Origin: an uncultured Acidobacteriota bacterium
GTDB taxonomy: Bacteria; Acidobacteriota; Thermoanaerobaculia; Multivoradales; UBA5704
Direction of reading: 5' to 3'
DNA: 64,000 nt
NCBI GenBank assembly: GCA_963770895.1
Contig: CAVYRF010000002.1
Span: forward strand, 128,001 to 192,000
Shown: positions 18,174 to 27,024 of the stretch, one piece after another
Layout: every line of letters begins with the position of its first letter
Numbering within the stretch: the first letter of the stretch is position 1
Translations under genes and position numbers: made by a program
Notes under the pieces: generated by a model
What the model saw: the letters and a program-made list of their open reading frames with translations, nothing else
Told to the model about the DNA's origin: nothing
Database searches by the model: none

Positions 18174-19405
18174 GCGAGCCGCGGGTGGCGCTGGTGCACG
18201 ACTGGTTGACCGGCATGCGTGGCGGCGAAAAGGTTCTGGAACAGATCGCGGCGCTCTATCCGCGGGCACCGATCTACACGCTGTTCCACTTTCCCGGCAG
18301 CGTCAGCGCCGCCATCGAAAGCCACCCCATCCGCACCAGCTTCCTGCAGCGGGCGCCCGGCATCCGCCGCGGCTACCGGCGCTACCTGCCGCTCTTCCCG
18401 GCGGCGATCGAGGACTTCGATCTGTCGGCGTTCGACCTGGTGATCTCCTCCAGCCACTGCGTGGCAAAAGGGATCGTGCCGCCGCCGGGCGGCTATCACC
18501 TGTGCTACTGCCACAGCCCGATGCGCTATGCGTGGGACCAGCAGCACGCCTACTTCCCGCGCCGGCGCGGCGCCGTCGCGCGGCTGCGCGGCCTGGCGCT
18601 GTCGGCGCTGCGCGCGTGGGACGCCGCCGCGTCCGCACGCGTCGATCGCTTCGTCGCCAACTCCAGCTTCGTCGCCGCACGCATCCGCAGCTTCTACGGC
18701 CGCCATGCCGACGTGCTGCACCCGCCGGTGGCGATCGATTACTACACCCCCGGCCCGCCGCGCGGCGGCGACGTCGCGCACGCGGGCGAGCGCGGCGCCT
18801 ATGCCCTCATGGTTGCGGCGCTCGCGCCCTACAAGCGCGTCGACGTCGCCATCGCCGCCTGCCGCCGCGCCGGCATCGAGCTGCGCATCGCCGGCGACGG
18901 CCCCGAGCGCGATCGCCTGGAGCGCCTGGCCGGCGGGCACGCGCGCCTGCTCGGCCGGGTCGACGATCAGGAGCTGCTGCAGCTGTATCGCGGCGCGCGC
19001 TTCTTCCTGCAACCGGGGGTCGAGGACTTCGGCATCGGCGCCGTGGAAGCGCTGGCCTGCGGCACGCCGGTGGTGGCGGCCGGGCGCGGCGGCATCGTCG
19101 ACATCGTCGAAGACGGGCGCCACGGCGTCCTGTACGACGACCGCCTGGACGGCGACGGCGACGGCGGCGACACTGGCGACGCTGCCGACAGTGGCGATGC
19201 CAGCGGCTCTGGCGACAGGGCCGGCGGCCGTGGCGCAGACCAGGCGGCGGTAGCCGCAACCGCGGCGGCGATTGACAAAGCGCTGCGGATCAGCTTCAAT
19301 CCATTGAACCTGCGCCAACGGGCGGAGTCGTTTACCGCCAAAGCGTTTACCGAAAGATTCCAAGATCTGTTGTTGAATCGACCCCCGAGGGAAAACCTCC
19401 GTTGA
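18170..19405 (+). CDS. GT4 family glycosyltransferase (WbaZ-like)
   Basis: TTG at 18170 overlaps the upstream TGA. VALVHDWLTGMRGGEKV, CHSPMRYAW and EDFGIGAVEA motifs. Confidence 0.9.
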   Translation: MSEPRVALVHDWLTGMRGGEKVLEQIAALYPRAPIYTLFHFPGSVSAAIESHPIRTSFLQRAPGIRRGYRRYLPLFPAAIEDFDLSAFDLVISSSHCVAKGIVPPPGGYHLCYCHSPMRYAWDQQHAYFPRRRGAVARLRGLALSALRAWDAAASARVDRFVANSSFVAARIRSFYGRHADVLHPPVAIDYYTPGPPRGGDVAHAGERGAYALMVAALAPYKRVDVAIAACRRAGIELRIAGDGPERDRLERLAGGHARLLGRVDDQELLQLYRGARFFLQPGVEDFGIGAVEALACGTPVVAAGRGGIVDIVEDGRHGVLYDDRLDGDGDGGDTGDAADSGDASGSGDRAGGRGADQAAVAATAAAIDKALRISFNPLNLRQRAESFTAKAFTERFQDLLLNRPPRENLR

Positions 19406-20829
19406 TCCGGCAACGCCATCGCATCACCTCCAGCGTCTATCTGGCTTCCGACCTGGCCGCCACCCTGGCGGCCTTCGCGGCGGCCTGGCTGCTGCGTTTC
19501 CAGCTGGCGATCATCCCGCTCACCAAGGCGGTTCCCGATTTCCAGCCCTACCTCTACCTGCTGCCCTTCGTGGTGGTGCTCTGGCCGCTGGTGTTCTACT
19601 TCCACGGCCTCTACCAGAGCCGCCGCGGGCGCAGCCGCGTCGACGAAGTGCTCACCATCCTGCTGGCGGTGGTGCTCGCCACGGTCCTGCTGTCGGTGGT
19701 CATCGCCTGGTACCGGCCGCCGGCGTCGCCGGGCAGCCACGAATACTTCACCTACAGCCGCGCCTTCCTGGCGCTGTTCGCGCTGGTCGACCTGCTGTTC
19801 GTCGCCGGCACCCGCATGCTGGCGCGCTGGGGGATGCGGCGCGTACGCCTGTCCGGCCACAACGTGCAGCGCATCCTGGTGGTCGGCGCCGGCGCTCTCG
19901 GCCGCGAGATCACGCAGAAAATTCTCGCCCATCGCGAGATGGGTTTCGAAGTGGTGGGCTTCCTGGACGACGATCCCGGCAAGGCCGGAACGACCGTCGC
20001 GGGCGTGCCGGTCGTCGGCACGCTGCGCCAGGCCGAAGAGGTGCTGACGGCGCGCAGCATCGACCAGGTGTTCCTGGCGCTGCCGGTCGAGGCGCACAAA
20101 AAGATGCTGCAGCTCATGGAGCTGATGGCGCGCGAATGCGTCGAGATCAAGCTGGTCCCCGACATCCTGCAGTTCGCGACGCTCAACGCGGCGGTGGAAG
20201 ATCTCGACGGCACTCCCGTCATCAACCTCTCGCAGGTGCCGCTGCAAGGTTGGAACAGCCTGGTCAAGCGCGGCATGGACCTGGTGATCGGCGCGGTGGC
20301 GCTGCTGCCGCTGCTGCCGGTGCTGCCGCTGGTGGCGCTGGCCATCTGGCTGGAAGATCGCGGCCCCATCTTCTACCGCCAGGAGCGCATGGGCCTGGAC
20401 GGCAAGCCCTTCATGATTCTCAAATTCCGCTCCATGCGGGTCGACGCCGAAGCCACCAGCGGACCGGTGTGGGCGATCAAGGACGATCCTCGCCGCACGC
20501 GCGTCGGCGGCTTCCTGCGCCGCTGGTCGCTCGACGAGCTGCCGCAGATCTGGAACGTGCTGACCGGCGACATGTCGATCGTCGGACCGCGGCCCGAACG
20601 CCCCACCTTCGTGCGCGAGTTCAAACACAAGATCCCGCGCTACATGCTGCGCCACCGCGTGAAGTCGGGCATCACCGGTTGGGCGCAGGTGCACGGCTGG
20701 CGCGGCAACACCTCGATCAAGAAGCGCATCCAGTACGATCTCTACTACATCCAGAACTGGTCGCTGGCGCTCGATTTCAAGATCCTCTGGATGACGCTGC
20801 GCCACGCGCTGCGCCTCAACGCCTACTGA
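19402..20829 (+). CDS. undecaprenyl-phosphate glucose phosphotransferase (WcaJ/WbaP family priming transferase)
   Basis: N-terminal TMs, a CoA-binding-like domain, and KFRSM, SLDELPQ, VGPRPER and GITGWAQV motifs. Confidence 0.95.
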   Translation: MIRQRHRITSSVYLASDLAATLAAFAAAWLLRFQLAIIPLTKAVPDFQPYLYLLPFVVVLWPLVFYFHGLYQSRRGRSRVDEVLTILLAVVLATVLLSVVIAWYRPPASPGSHEYFTYSRAFLALFALVDLLFVAGTRMLARWGMRRVRLSGHNVQRILVVGAGALGREITQKILAHREMGFEVVGFLDDDPGKAGTTVAGVPVVGTLRQAEEVLTARSIDQVFLALPVEAHKKMLQLMELMARECVEIKLVPDILQFATLNAAVEDLDGTPVINLSQVPLQGWNSLVKRGMDLVIGAVALLPLLPVLPLVALAIWLEDRGPIFYRQERMGLDGKPFMILKFRSMRVDAEATSGPVWAIKDDPRRTRVGGFLRRWSLDELPQIWNVLTGDMSIVGPRPERPTFVREFKHKIPRYMLRHRVKSGITGWAQVHGWRGNTSIKKRIQYDLYYIQNWSLALDFKILWMTLRHALRLNAY

Positions 20830-21007
20830 CCTCGCGCCGCGCCGCCTGGTAGCGGCCAGCGATCGCGGTCTCGTCGCGCGCTCCCACGAGGCACGCGCAA
20901 ATCCTTACAGGATGGGCATTTTTTCGCCGCGCCGCGACGGCGCCGCAGGTGCGTCGCGCACCGCGCCGGGCGACGACGTGGACCGCTGCACAACCGGCTG
21001 GTCACCG

Positions 21008-21064
21008 GCACTAAGGATAGAGGTCCAAAAATTCTTGACACCCAACATGTTGTGGGCGTACGCT
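21008..21064 (+). promoter_or_regulatory. sigma70 promoter with candidate tandem NrdR boxes
   Basis: TTGACA at 21035, N18, then TACGCT. Palindromic ACCCAACATGTTGTGG at 21040-21055 and a weaker GCACTAAGGATAGAGG 32 bp upstream. Confidence 0.55.
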
Positions 21065-21116
21065 ACCTTGCAAATCTTGGCCCAGCAGTTTGGGCATCTT
21101 TAGAAAGGAGACTTGA

Positions 21117-21359
21117 ATGCCAGTGAAGAGTGCGACCACGAAGGCGGCGGCGAAGACCGCGAAGCCGAAGGTGGCCAAAAAGACCGTTGCCGCAAAGAAG
21201 GCTGCTCCGAAGTCCTCCGCTGCCAAGAAGACCACCAAGGCGGCTCCCAAGAAGACCACCGCTGCCAAGGTGGTGAAGGCGGCCGCTCCCGCCAAGAAGG
21301 CTCCGGCGAAGAAGGCGGCGCCGGCGAAGTCCGCAGCCGCCAAGAAGTCGGCGAAGTAA
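21117..21359 (+). CDS. histone H1-like Lys/Ala-rich nucleoid protein
   Basis: 80 aa of AAKK/PAKK repeats; AAAGGAG RBS. Confidence 0.85.
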   Translation: MPVKSATTKAAAKTAKPKVAKKTVAAKKAAPKSSAAKKTTKAAPKKTTAAKVVKAAAPAKKAPAKKAAPAKSAAAKKSAK

Positions 21360-21370
21360 AAGGGCTGATC

Positions 21371-21398
21371 CTCACCCGGTGCTCATCCCGGGTGAGAT
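21371..21398 (+). terminator. stem-loop after the H1-like gene
   Basis: CTCACCCGG-N8-CCGGGTGAG inverted repeat just after the stop; no clear U-tract. Confidence 0.45.
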
Positions 21399-21662
21399 CG
21401 AGATCCCGCGGCTCTTTGTCAGGCGACGTTCTGGACTTTTCTGGGCACCATCTTTTCTGCCTTCGTTCCCAGTGCATTCATCCCAGCGTCGCCTTCACAC
21501 ACCCTCTCCCCCGGCTCGCCGCGCCGACCTCACCGCCGTCAAAAGCAGTCCCCGCAGCGGTTTTCTTGACCCCTTCCAATTTGCTCCAGCGCCTTGCCAC
21601 CTGCGCCGGATGCCCCGCGCCAGCGGCCCGCGCGCCGCTTGCCGCACGCGGACGGCGGCGCC

Positions 21663-22556
21663 TCAGACCGTCGTGCGCAGCCGCGAAGCGGCGGCCCTGT
21701 CGAGCAGCCAGATGAGCTTGCCCGCGACCGGCGCCACCACCTGCGCCGGATAGACCGCCGGCTGGCGCTCGCCTTCGAGCACCGCGGCAACCGCCGCCGC
21801 CTTGGCTTCGCCGCTCACCACGAACATCACCACCGCCGCGTGGTTGAGCACCGGCGGCGTCACCGTGATGCGGAACGTGTTCTGCGCCGCGACCCACGGC
21901 GCCGCCGTCAGGCGCCGGCGCTCGTCGAGCGCCGGACTGCCCGGAAACAGCGATGCCGTATGGCCTTCCTCGCCCAGGCCGAGCAGCACCAGGTCGAAGC
22001 GCGGCCAGTCCAGCTGCTCTTCGGCGGACTGCGCCGCCGACGCCGACGAGAACATCGCGCCTTCGCCGCGCACCGGACCGCTCTGCTCGCGCTCGCCTTG
22101 CAGCGCGAAATGCGCGATCAGCTCGCGCTCGTAGAGCGCCGCCGCCACCACCGCGTCGGGCTCTTCGCCGGCAATGCGATGCACCTGCGCGGCGCTCACC
22201 GGCAGCTGGTCCAGCATCGCTTCGCGCGCCATGCGGTAGTTGCTCTGCGCGTCGCCGGGCGGCACGTGCCGCTCGTCGCCCCAAAAGAAATGGATCGCGT
22301 CCCAGGCCACGCGCTGCCGGTACGGCGCTGCCGGATCGGCCAGCAGCCGGTACAGCGCTCGCGGTGTCGAACCGCCCGAAAGCAGCACCGACAGTGGCTT
22401 TGCGGCAGGTGCAGCAGCCGCCGCCGGGTCCGCCGCCGGCACCGCCGCCGCCAGCGCGGCGACGAACTGCTCCGCCGCCGCGCCCGGCAGATCGCCGGCT
22501 TCCGGCAGCACGCGCACCTGCCGGCGCAGATCCATGTCGCTCGCACTGCCGGTCAC
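21663..22556 (-). CDS. pgl: 6-phosphogluconolactonase
   Basis: [18 protein letters not shown] and [15 protein letters not shown] motifs; coupled to the zwf stop. Confidence 0.93.
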   Translation of the reverse strand: MTGSASDMDLRRQVRVLPEAGDLPGAAAEQFVAALAAAVPAADPAAAAAPAAKPLSVLLSGGSTPRALYRLLADPAAPYRQRVAWDAIHFFWGDERHVPPGDAQSNYRMAREAMLDQLPVSAAQVHRIAGEEPDAVVAAALYERELIAHFALQGEREQSGPVRGEGAMFSSASAAQSAEEQLDWPRFDLVLLGLGEEGHTASLFPGSPALDERRRLTAAPWVAAQNTFRITVTPPVLNHAAVVMFVVSGEAKAAAVAAVLEGERQPAVYPAQVVAPVAGKLIWLLDRAAASRLRTTV

Positions 22557-24169
22557 GTGTTTCTCCATCGATGGCCTCCGGCGCGGATCAGGTCGTCCGC
22601 CGCGGCCGGTCCCCAGCTGTTGGCGGCGTAGTTGGGAAAGGCGCGCGGCTCGAGCGCCGACCAGACGTCGAGGATCGGCATGACGATGCTCCAACCCACC
22701 TCCACCAGGTCGCTGCGCTGGAAGAGCGTCGAGTCGCCGATCATGCAGTCGTAGAGCAGCGTCTCGTAGCCGGTCTCCACCGACTTGCCGAAGTAGTCGG
22801 AGTAGTCGAAGTGCATGCGCACCTTGCCCAGCTGCATCAACGGCCCCGGCACCTTGCCCTCGAACTGCAGCGAGATGCCCTCGTTGGGCTGGATGTGCAG
22901 GACCAGCGTGTTGCGCTCCAGCTGCTCGACCGGCGTGTCGCGGAAGAGCATGAACGGCGCGCGCTTGAACTGGATCGCCACCTCGGTCACCCGCCGCGGC
23001 AAACGCTTGCCGGTGCGCAGGTAGAAGGGCACGTCCGCCCACCGCCAGTTGTCGACGAACATCTTGAGCGCGACGTAGGTCTCGACGCGCGAACCGGCGG
23101 CGACGTTCGCTTCGGCGCGATAGGCGGGCACCGGCTTGCCGTCGACGACGCCCGGACCGTACTGGCCGCGCACGGTGTCGCGCAGCACGTCTTCGGGAGC
23201 GATCGGCCGGATGGCGCGCAGGATCTTGACCCGCTCGTCGCGCACCTCGTCGGGCGCGAACGAGATCGGCGGTTCCATGGCGGTCAGCGCCAGCAGCTGG
23301 AACATGTGGTTCTGCACCATGTCGCGCAGCGCCCCCGCCTCCTCGTAGTAGCTGCCGCGCGATTCGACGCCGACGGTCTCGGCGACGGTGATCTGCACGT
23401 GATCGATGTAGCGGCGGTTCCAGATCGGTTCGAAGATGCCGTTGGCGAAGCGGAAGGCCAGGATGTTCTGCACCGTCTCCTTGCCCAGGTAGTGGTCGAT
23501 ACGGTAGATCTGCGTTTCGTCGAACACCTTGCGCACGTCGTCGTTGAGCTGGCGGGCGCTCGCCAGGTCGTGGCCGAACGGCTTCTCGATCACCAGGCGG
23601 CGCCAGGGCTGCGGCGCCGCCGGCAGGTGGGACGCCGCCGCGCTCGCGCCGGTGCCGCCGTCCTTGGCGCCGTCGCCCTCCCCTTGCTTGCCGAGCCCCG
23701 CCTTGCCCAGCTTCTGCGCCAGCGTCGCGAACTGGCTCGGCGGCACGGCGAGGTAGAACAGGTAGCAGCCGCGGGTGCCCCACTTTTCGTCGATCGCGGC
23801 CAGCTTCTCTTTGAGCTCGGCAAACGTCTTGGCGTCTTCGAGGTCGCCGTCCACGTACGAAAGCCGGCTGGTCAGCCATTTGACCCTCTCGGGCTCGACC
23901 GTGCCGGTTTCGAACTGGTGGAGGTCTTCGCTCATCTTCTTGCGGAACTGATCGTCGCTCATCTCCGTGCGGCCGACGCCGACGACGGCGAACTGGTCGG
24001 GCAGGTAGCCGGCGGACGCCAGGTTGTAGAGCGCCGGGATCAGCTTGCGCTTGGCGAGGTCGCCCGACGCGCCGAAGATCACCAGCACGCACGGCGGCGC
24101 CGGCTGTTTGCGCGGCGCCGGCGGCGACTCCTCACGCGGCTCGGGGTGCGACGGGTCTGGCGCGCTCAT
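22553..24169 (-). CDS. zwf: glucose-6-phosphate 1-dehydrogenase
   Basis: [15 protein letters not shown] and RIDHYLGKE motifs. Confidence 0.97.
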   Translation of the reverse strand: MSAPDPSHPEPREESPPAPRKQPAPPCVLVIFGASGDLAKRKLIPALYNLASAGYLPDQFAVVGVGRTEMSDDQFRKKMSEDLHQFETGTVEPERVKWLTSRLSYVDGDLEDAKTFAELKEKLAAIDEKWGTRGCYLFYLAVPPSQFATLAQKLGKAGLGKQGEGDGAKDGGTGASAAASHLPAAPQPWRRLVIEKPFGHDLASARQLNDDVRKVFDETQIYRIDHYLGKETVQNILAFRFANGIFEPIWNRRYIDHVQITVAETVGVESRGSYYEEAGALRDMVQNHMFQLLALTAMEPPISFAPDEVRDERVKILRAIRPIAPEDVLRDTVRGQYGPGVVDGKPVPAYRAEANVAAGSRVETYVALKMFVDNWRWADVPFYLRTGKRLPRRVTEVAIQFKRAPFMLFRDTPVEQLERNTLVLHIQPNEGISLQFEGKVPGPLMQLGKVRMHFDYSDYFGKSVETGYETLLYDCMIGDSTLFQRSDLVEVGWSIVMPILDVWSALEPRAFPNYAANSWGPAAADDLIRAGGHRWRNT

Positions 24170-24171
24170 CG

Positions 24172-25155
24172 CTAGCCGCCCGCCGGACGTTCGACGTGGC
24201 CGCCGAACTTGTTGCGCATGGCGGAAAGCATCTTCTCGCCGAACGTGTGCTGCTGGCGCGAACGGAAGCGCGCGTAGAGCGAGGTCGACAGCACGTCGGC
24301 CGGCACCGCCTCTTCGAGCGCCGCGGTGATCGTCCACCGCCCTTCGCCCGAATCGTGCACGAAGCCGGTATAGCCCCCCAGGTCGGGGGTCTCCGCCAGC
24401 GCCATCGCCGACAGGTCGAGCAGCCACGACGAGACGACGCTGCCGCGGCGCCACAGTTCGGCGACGTCGGCCAGGTCGATGTCGAAGCGGTGCTCGGCGG
24501 GCAGCTCCTCCGAGACCGCGTTCTTCATGATGTCGAAGCCTTCGGCATAGGCCTGCATCAGGCCGTATTCGATGCCGTTGTGGATCATCTTGACGAAGTG
24601 TCCGGCGCCCGTCGGGCCGCAGTGCAAATAGCCCTTGTCGGCGGTGCTCTGCTTGCCTTCGCGCCCCGGTGAGGGGGCCACGTCGCCGGTGCCCGGCGCC
24701 AGCGTCTGCCAGATCGGATCCAGACGCTGGACGCTTTCGCGCGGGCCGCCGATCATCAGGCAGTAGCCGCGCTCCAGGCCCCAGATGCCGCCGCTGGTGC
24801 CGGCGTCCAGGTAGTGGATGCCCTTGCCCGCGAGCTCGCCCCCGCGGCGCACGTCGTCCTTGTAATAGGAGTTGCCGCCGTCGATCAGCGCATCGCCGGC
24901 CTCCAGCAGGCCGGCAAAGGTGCCGACGGTCTGCTCGGTGATCTCGCCGGCCGGCAGCATCAGCCAGACGGCGCGCGGCTTTTCCAGCTTGGCGGCGACG
25001 TCTTCGAGCGAGGTGGCGCCGACCGCCCCCTGCTTGACCAGCTCCGCCACCGCCTCAGGGTTGCGATCGAACACCACGCACTGGTGCCCCCCCTTGAGCA
25101 GGCGCTTCACCATGTTGCCGCCCATACGACCCAATCCGATCATCGCTATCTGCAT
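24172..25155 (-). CDS. gnd: 6-phosphogluconate dehydrogenase, decarboxylating (short form)
   Basis: [33 protein letters not shown] and MRNKFGGH motifs. Confidence 0.96.
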   Translation of the reverse strand: MQIAMIGLGRMGGNMVKRLLKGGHQCVVFDRNPEAVAELVKQGAVGATSLEDVAAKLEKPRAVWLMLPAGEITEQTVGTFAGLLEAGDALIDGGNSYYKDDVRRGGELAGKGIHYLDAGTSGGIWGLERGYCLMIGGPRESVQRLDPIWQTLAPGTGDVAPSPGREGKQSTADKGYLHCGPTGAGHFVKMIHNGIEYGLMQAYAEGFDIMKNAVSEELPAEHRFDIDLADVAELWRRGSVVSSWLLDLSAMALAETPDLGGYTGFVHDSGEGRWTITAALEEAVPADVLSTSLYARFRSRQQHTFGEKMLSAMRNKFGGHVERPAGG

Positions 25156-25328
25156 TGCCGTCGCACCTTTCCGATCCCCGCGGGGATCTCTCTCGCACAG
25201 CCGCCGCGCTGGCCGTCCCGCGCCGCGAGCGCCGCCGGGGCGACAGTCTACTACCGCCGCCGATCCGCTCCGGCGCCGGCGGCCGTCAGCTGCTTGCCAA
25301 AGACTTGCCAAACGCGCGACGGCCGCAC

Positions 25329-25375
25329 GACGGCGGACGGACGGCGGACGGACGGACGGCGGCGGACGGCGGCGC
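25329..25375. repeat. intergenic GACG/GGCG microsatellite
   Basis: gacggcggacggacggcggacggacggacggcggcggacggcgg. Confidence 0.6.
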
Positions 25376-25395
25376 GCGCCGCCTGCCGGCCCCGC

Positions 25396-27024
25396 CTACT
25401 GATAGTCCTTGAACCTTGGCCAGGCGGCGGCGAGCGGCTCGCCCAGGCGGCACACCGTGATCGGCCGGCCGTCCTCGTAGGGCATGGCGTGCGGCAGGCG
25501 CAGCGTACCGGCGCGGCGCACCTCGGCGCAGTGCACGCCAAAGGACGCCGCCGGATCGCCAAGCATGATCAGCACGCTGCCGTCGCAACCGTCCGGTCCC
25601 CACATGTAATAGCTGTTGTGGCCCGAGATGACCGGCGGCAGCAGGAACGGGCGGCCCAGCTCTTCGAGGGCGCCCGCCTCGCCGTAGTTGCGGGTCACGA
25701 TGCAGGCGCGCGCCCGCTCCGCCGGCGGCAGCGCCGCCACCACCTGCGCCACCTGCAGCGTCATCTGCGGCCAGCCGAACATGTCGGCGAAATGCTGCGG
25801 CAGCTCGCCCAGCGCGGTGCGCTCGGGGGAGGCGGGCTTGATCCCCAGCGCCGCCTGGTACCGCACGTAGTCCGCGACCGGCAGCACCGGCAGCCCGAGC
25901 GGCGCGATCAGTGCGCCGCCGGCCAGCAGCACCGTGAGGTACGCCCAGCGCAGGCGGCGCCACCTGCCGCCGCCGGCGCGCTCGGTCGCGGCGGCGTTCG
26001 CGGCGTTCGCGACGTTCGCGGCGCTCGCGCCATCCGCAGGGCCGGCGGGCGCGCCCTCCAGCGCCACCGCGCCGGCGGCGAACAGCAGCGGGAAGAGCGG
26101 CGCCAGGTAGTAGCCCTTGGCGCGGAACGCCATCAGCACCACGATCACCGTCACCGCCAGCCACCCCAGCAGGCGCCAGGGCCGCGCGCGCCGCGCGCAC
26201 AGCAGCCAGCCGAGCCCTGCCGCCCACACCGGCACGGCGAGCGGCTGCATGGCGCCGGCCTGATCGGCCAGGAAGCCGAGCGGCGACGTCGGCACGTTCT
26301 TGGCCGCCTGGGCGTTGCGCAGGAACTCCAGGGTCGGCCAGTGATGCCACGCCTCCCACGCCAGGTTGGGCGCCGCCAGCACCGCCGCCAGCGCCGCCCC
26401 CAGGTAGACCCACGGCTGCCGCAGCGCCTGCCGCCCGGCCGCCGTCGCCACCAGGCCGACCGCCGCGCCCAGGCCGAAAAACAGCATGCTGTGCTTGGTT
26501 TCGAGGCCGATGCCGGCGACGCCGCCAAAGAGCAGCCACAGGCGGGGACCGGCGCCGGCGGCCAGGCGCGCCAGCAGCAGCGCCCCCAGCTCCCACCACA
26601 GCACCTCGAAGGCGTTCATCGACATGACGTGGAAGGTGCCCAGAAACCGCGGCGCCGCCAGGGCGCAGGCCGCCGCCAGCAGCTGCGCGAAGCGGCCGCC
26701 GCCCAGCTCGCGCGCCAGGCGCCCGCACAGGTAGACCACCGCCGCCCCGGCCAGCGCCGGCAGCAGGCGGAGCGCCGGCAGGCTGTCGCCCAGCAGCACG
26801 CGCGACAGCCAGCTGAGCACCGCCACCACCGGCGGGTGATCGACGTAGCCGAAGGCCAGCCGCCGCCCGCACGCCACGTAGTACAGCTCGTCGCGGAACC
26901 AGCCGTAGCGGCCGATCGTCGCCAGCTGCGCCACGAAGGCCGCCAGCGCCAGCAGCGCGAGCCCCGTCCGCGCGTCGCCGGCGCGCCCGTCCCGCGGCGC
27001 GGACACCGACACCGCCGCCGTCAA
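25396..27024 (-). CDS. ArnT/GT39-like membrane glycosyltransferase
   Basis: YGWFRDELYY, GYVDHPP, KGYYLAP, NYGEAGA and SGHNSYYMWG motifs; TTG start overlaps the upstream stop. Confidence 0.85.
   Translation of the reverse strand: MTAAVSVSAPRDGRAGDARTGLALLALAAFVAQLATIGRYGWFRDELYYVACGRRLAFGYVDHPPVVAVLSWLSRVLLGDSLPALRLLPALAGAAVVYLCGRLARELGGGRFAQLLAAACALAAPRFLGTFHVMSMNAFEVLWWELGALLLARLAAGAGPRLWLLFGGVAGIGLETKHSMLFFGLGAAVGLVATAAGRQALRQPWVYLGAALAAVLAAPNLAWEAWHHWPTLEFLRNAQAAKNVPTSPLGFLADQAGAMQPLAVPVWAAGLGWLLCARRARPWRLLGWLAVTVIVVLMAFRAKGYYLAPLFPLLFAAGAVALEGAPAGPADGASAANVANAANAAATERAGGGRWRRLRWAYLTVLLAGGALIAPLGLPVLPVADYVRYQAALGIKPASPERTALGELPQHFADMFGWPQMTLQVAQVVAALPPAERARACIVTRNYGEAGALEELGRPFLLPPVISGHNSYYMWGPDGCDGSVLIMLGDPAASFGVHCAEVRRAGTLRLPHAMPYEDGRPITVCRLGEPLAAAWPRFKDYQ

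Noticed and set aside
19272-19300. Internal promoter TTGACA-N17-TTCAAT for the priming transferase
   Set aside because: The -10 is weak and lies inside coding sequence; insufficient without TSS data.
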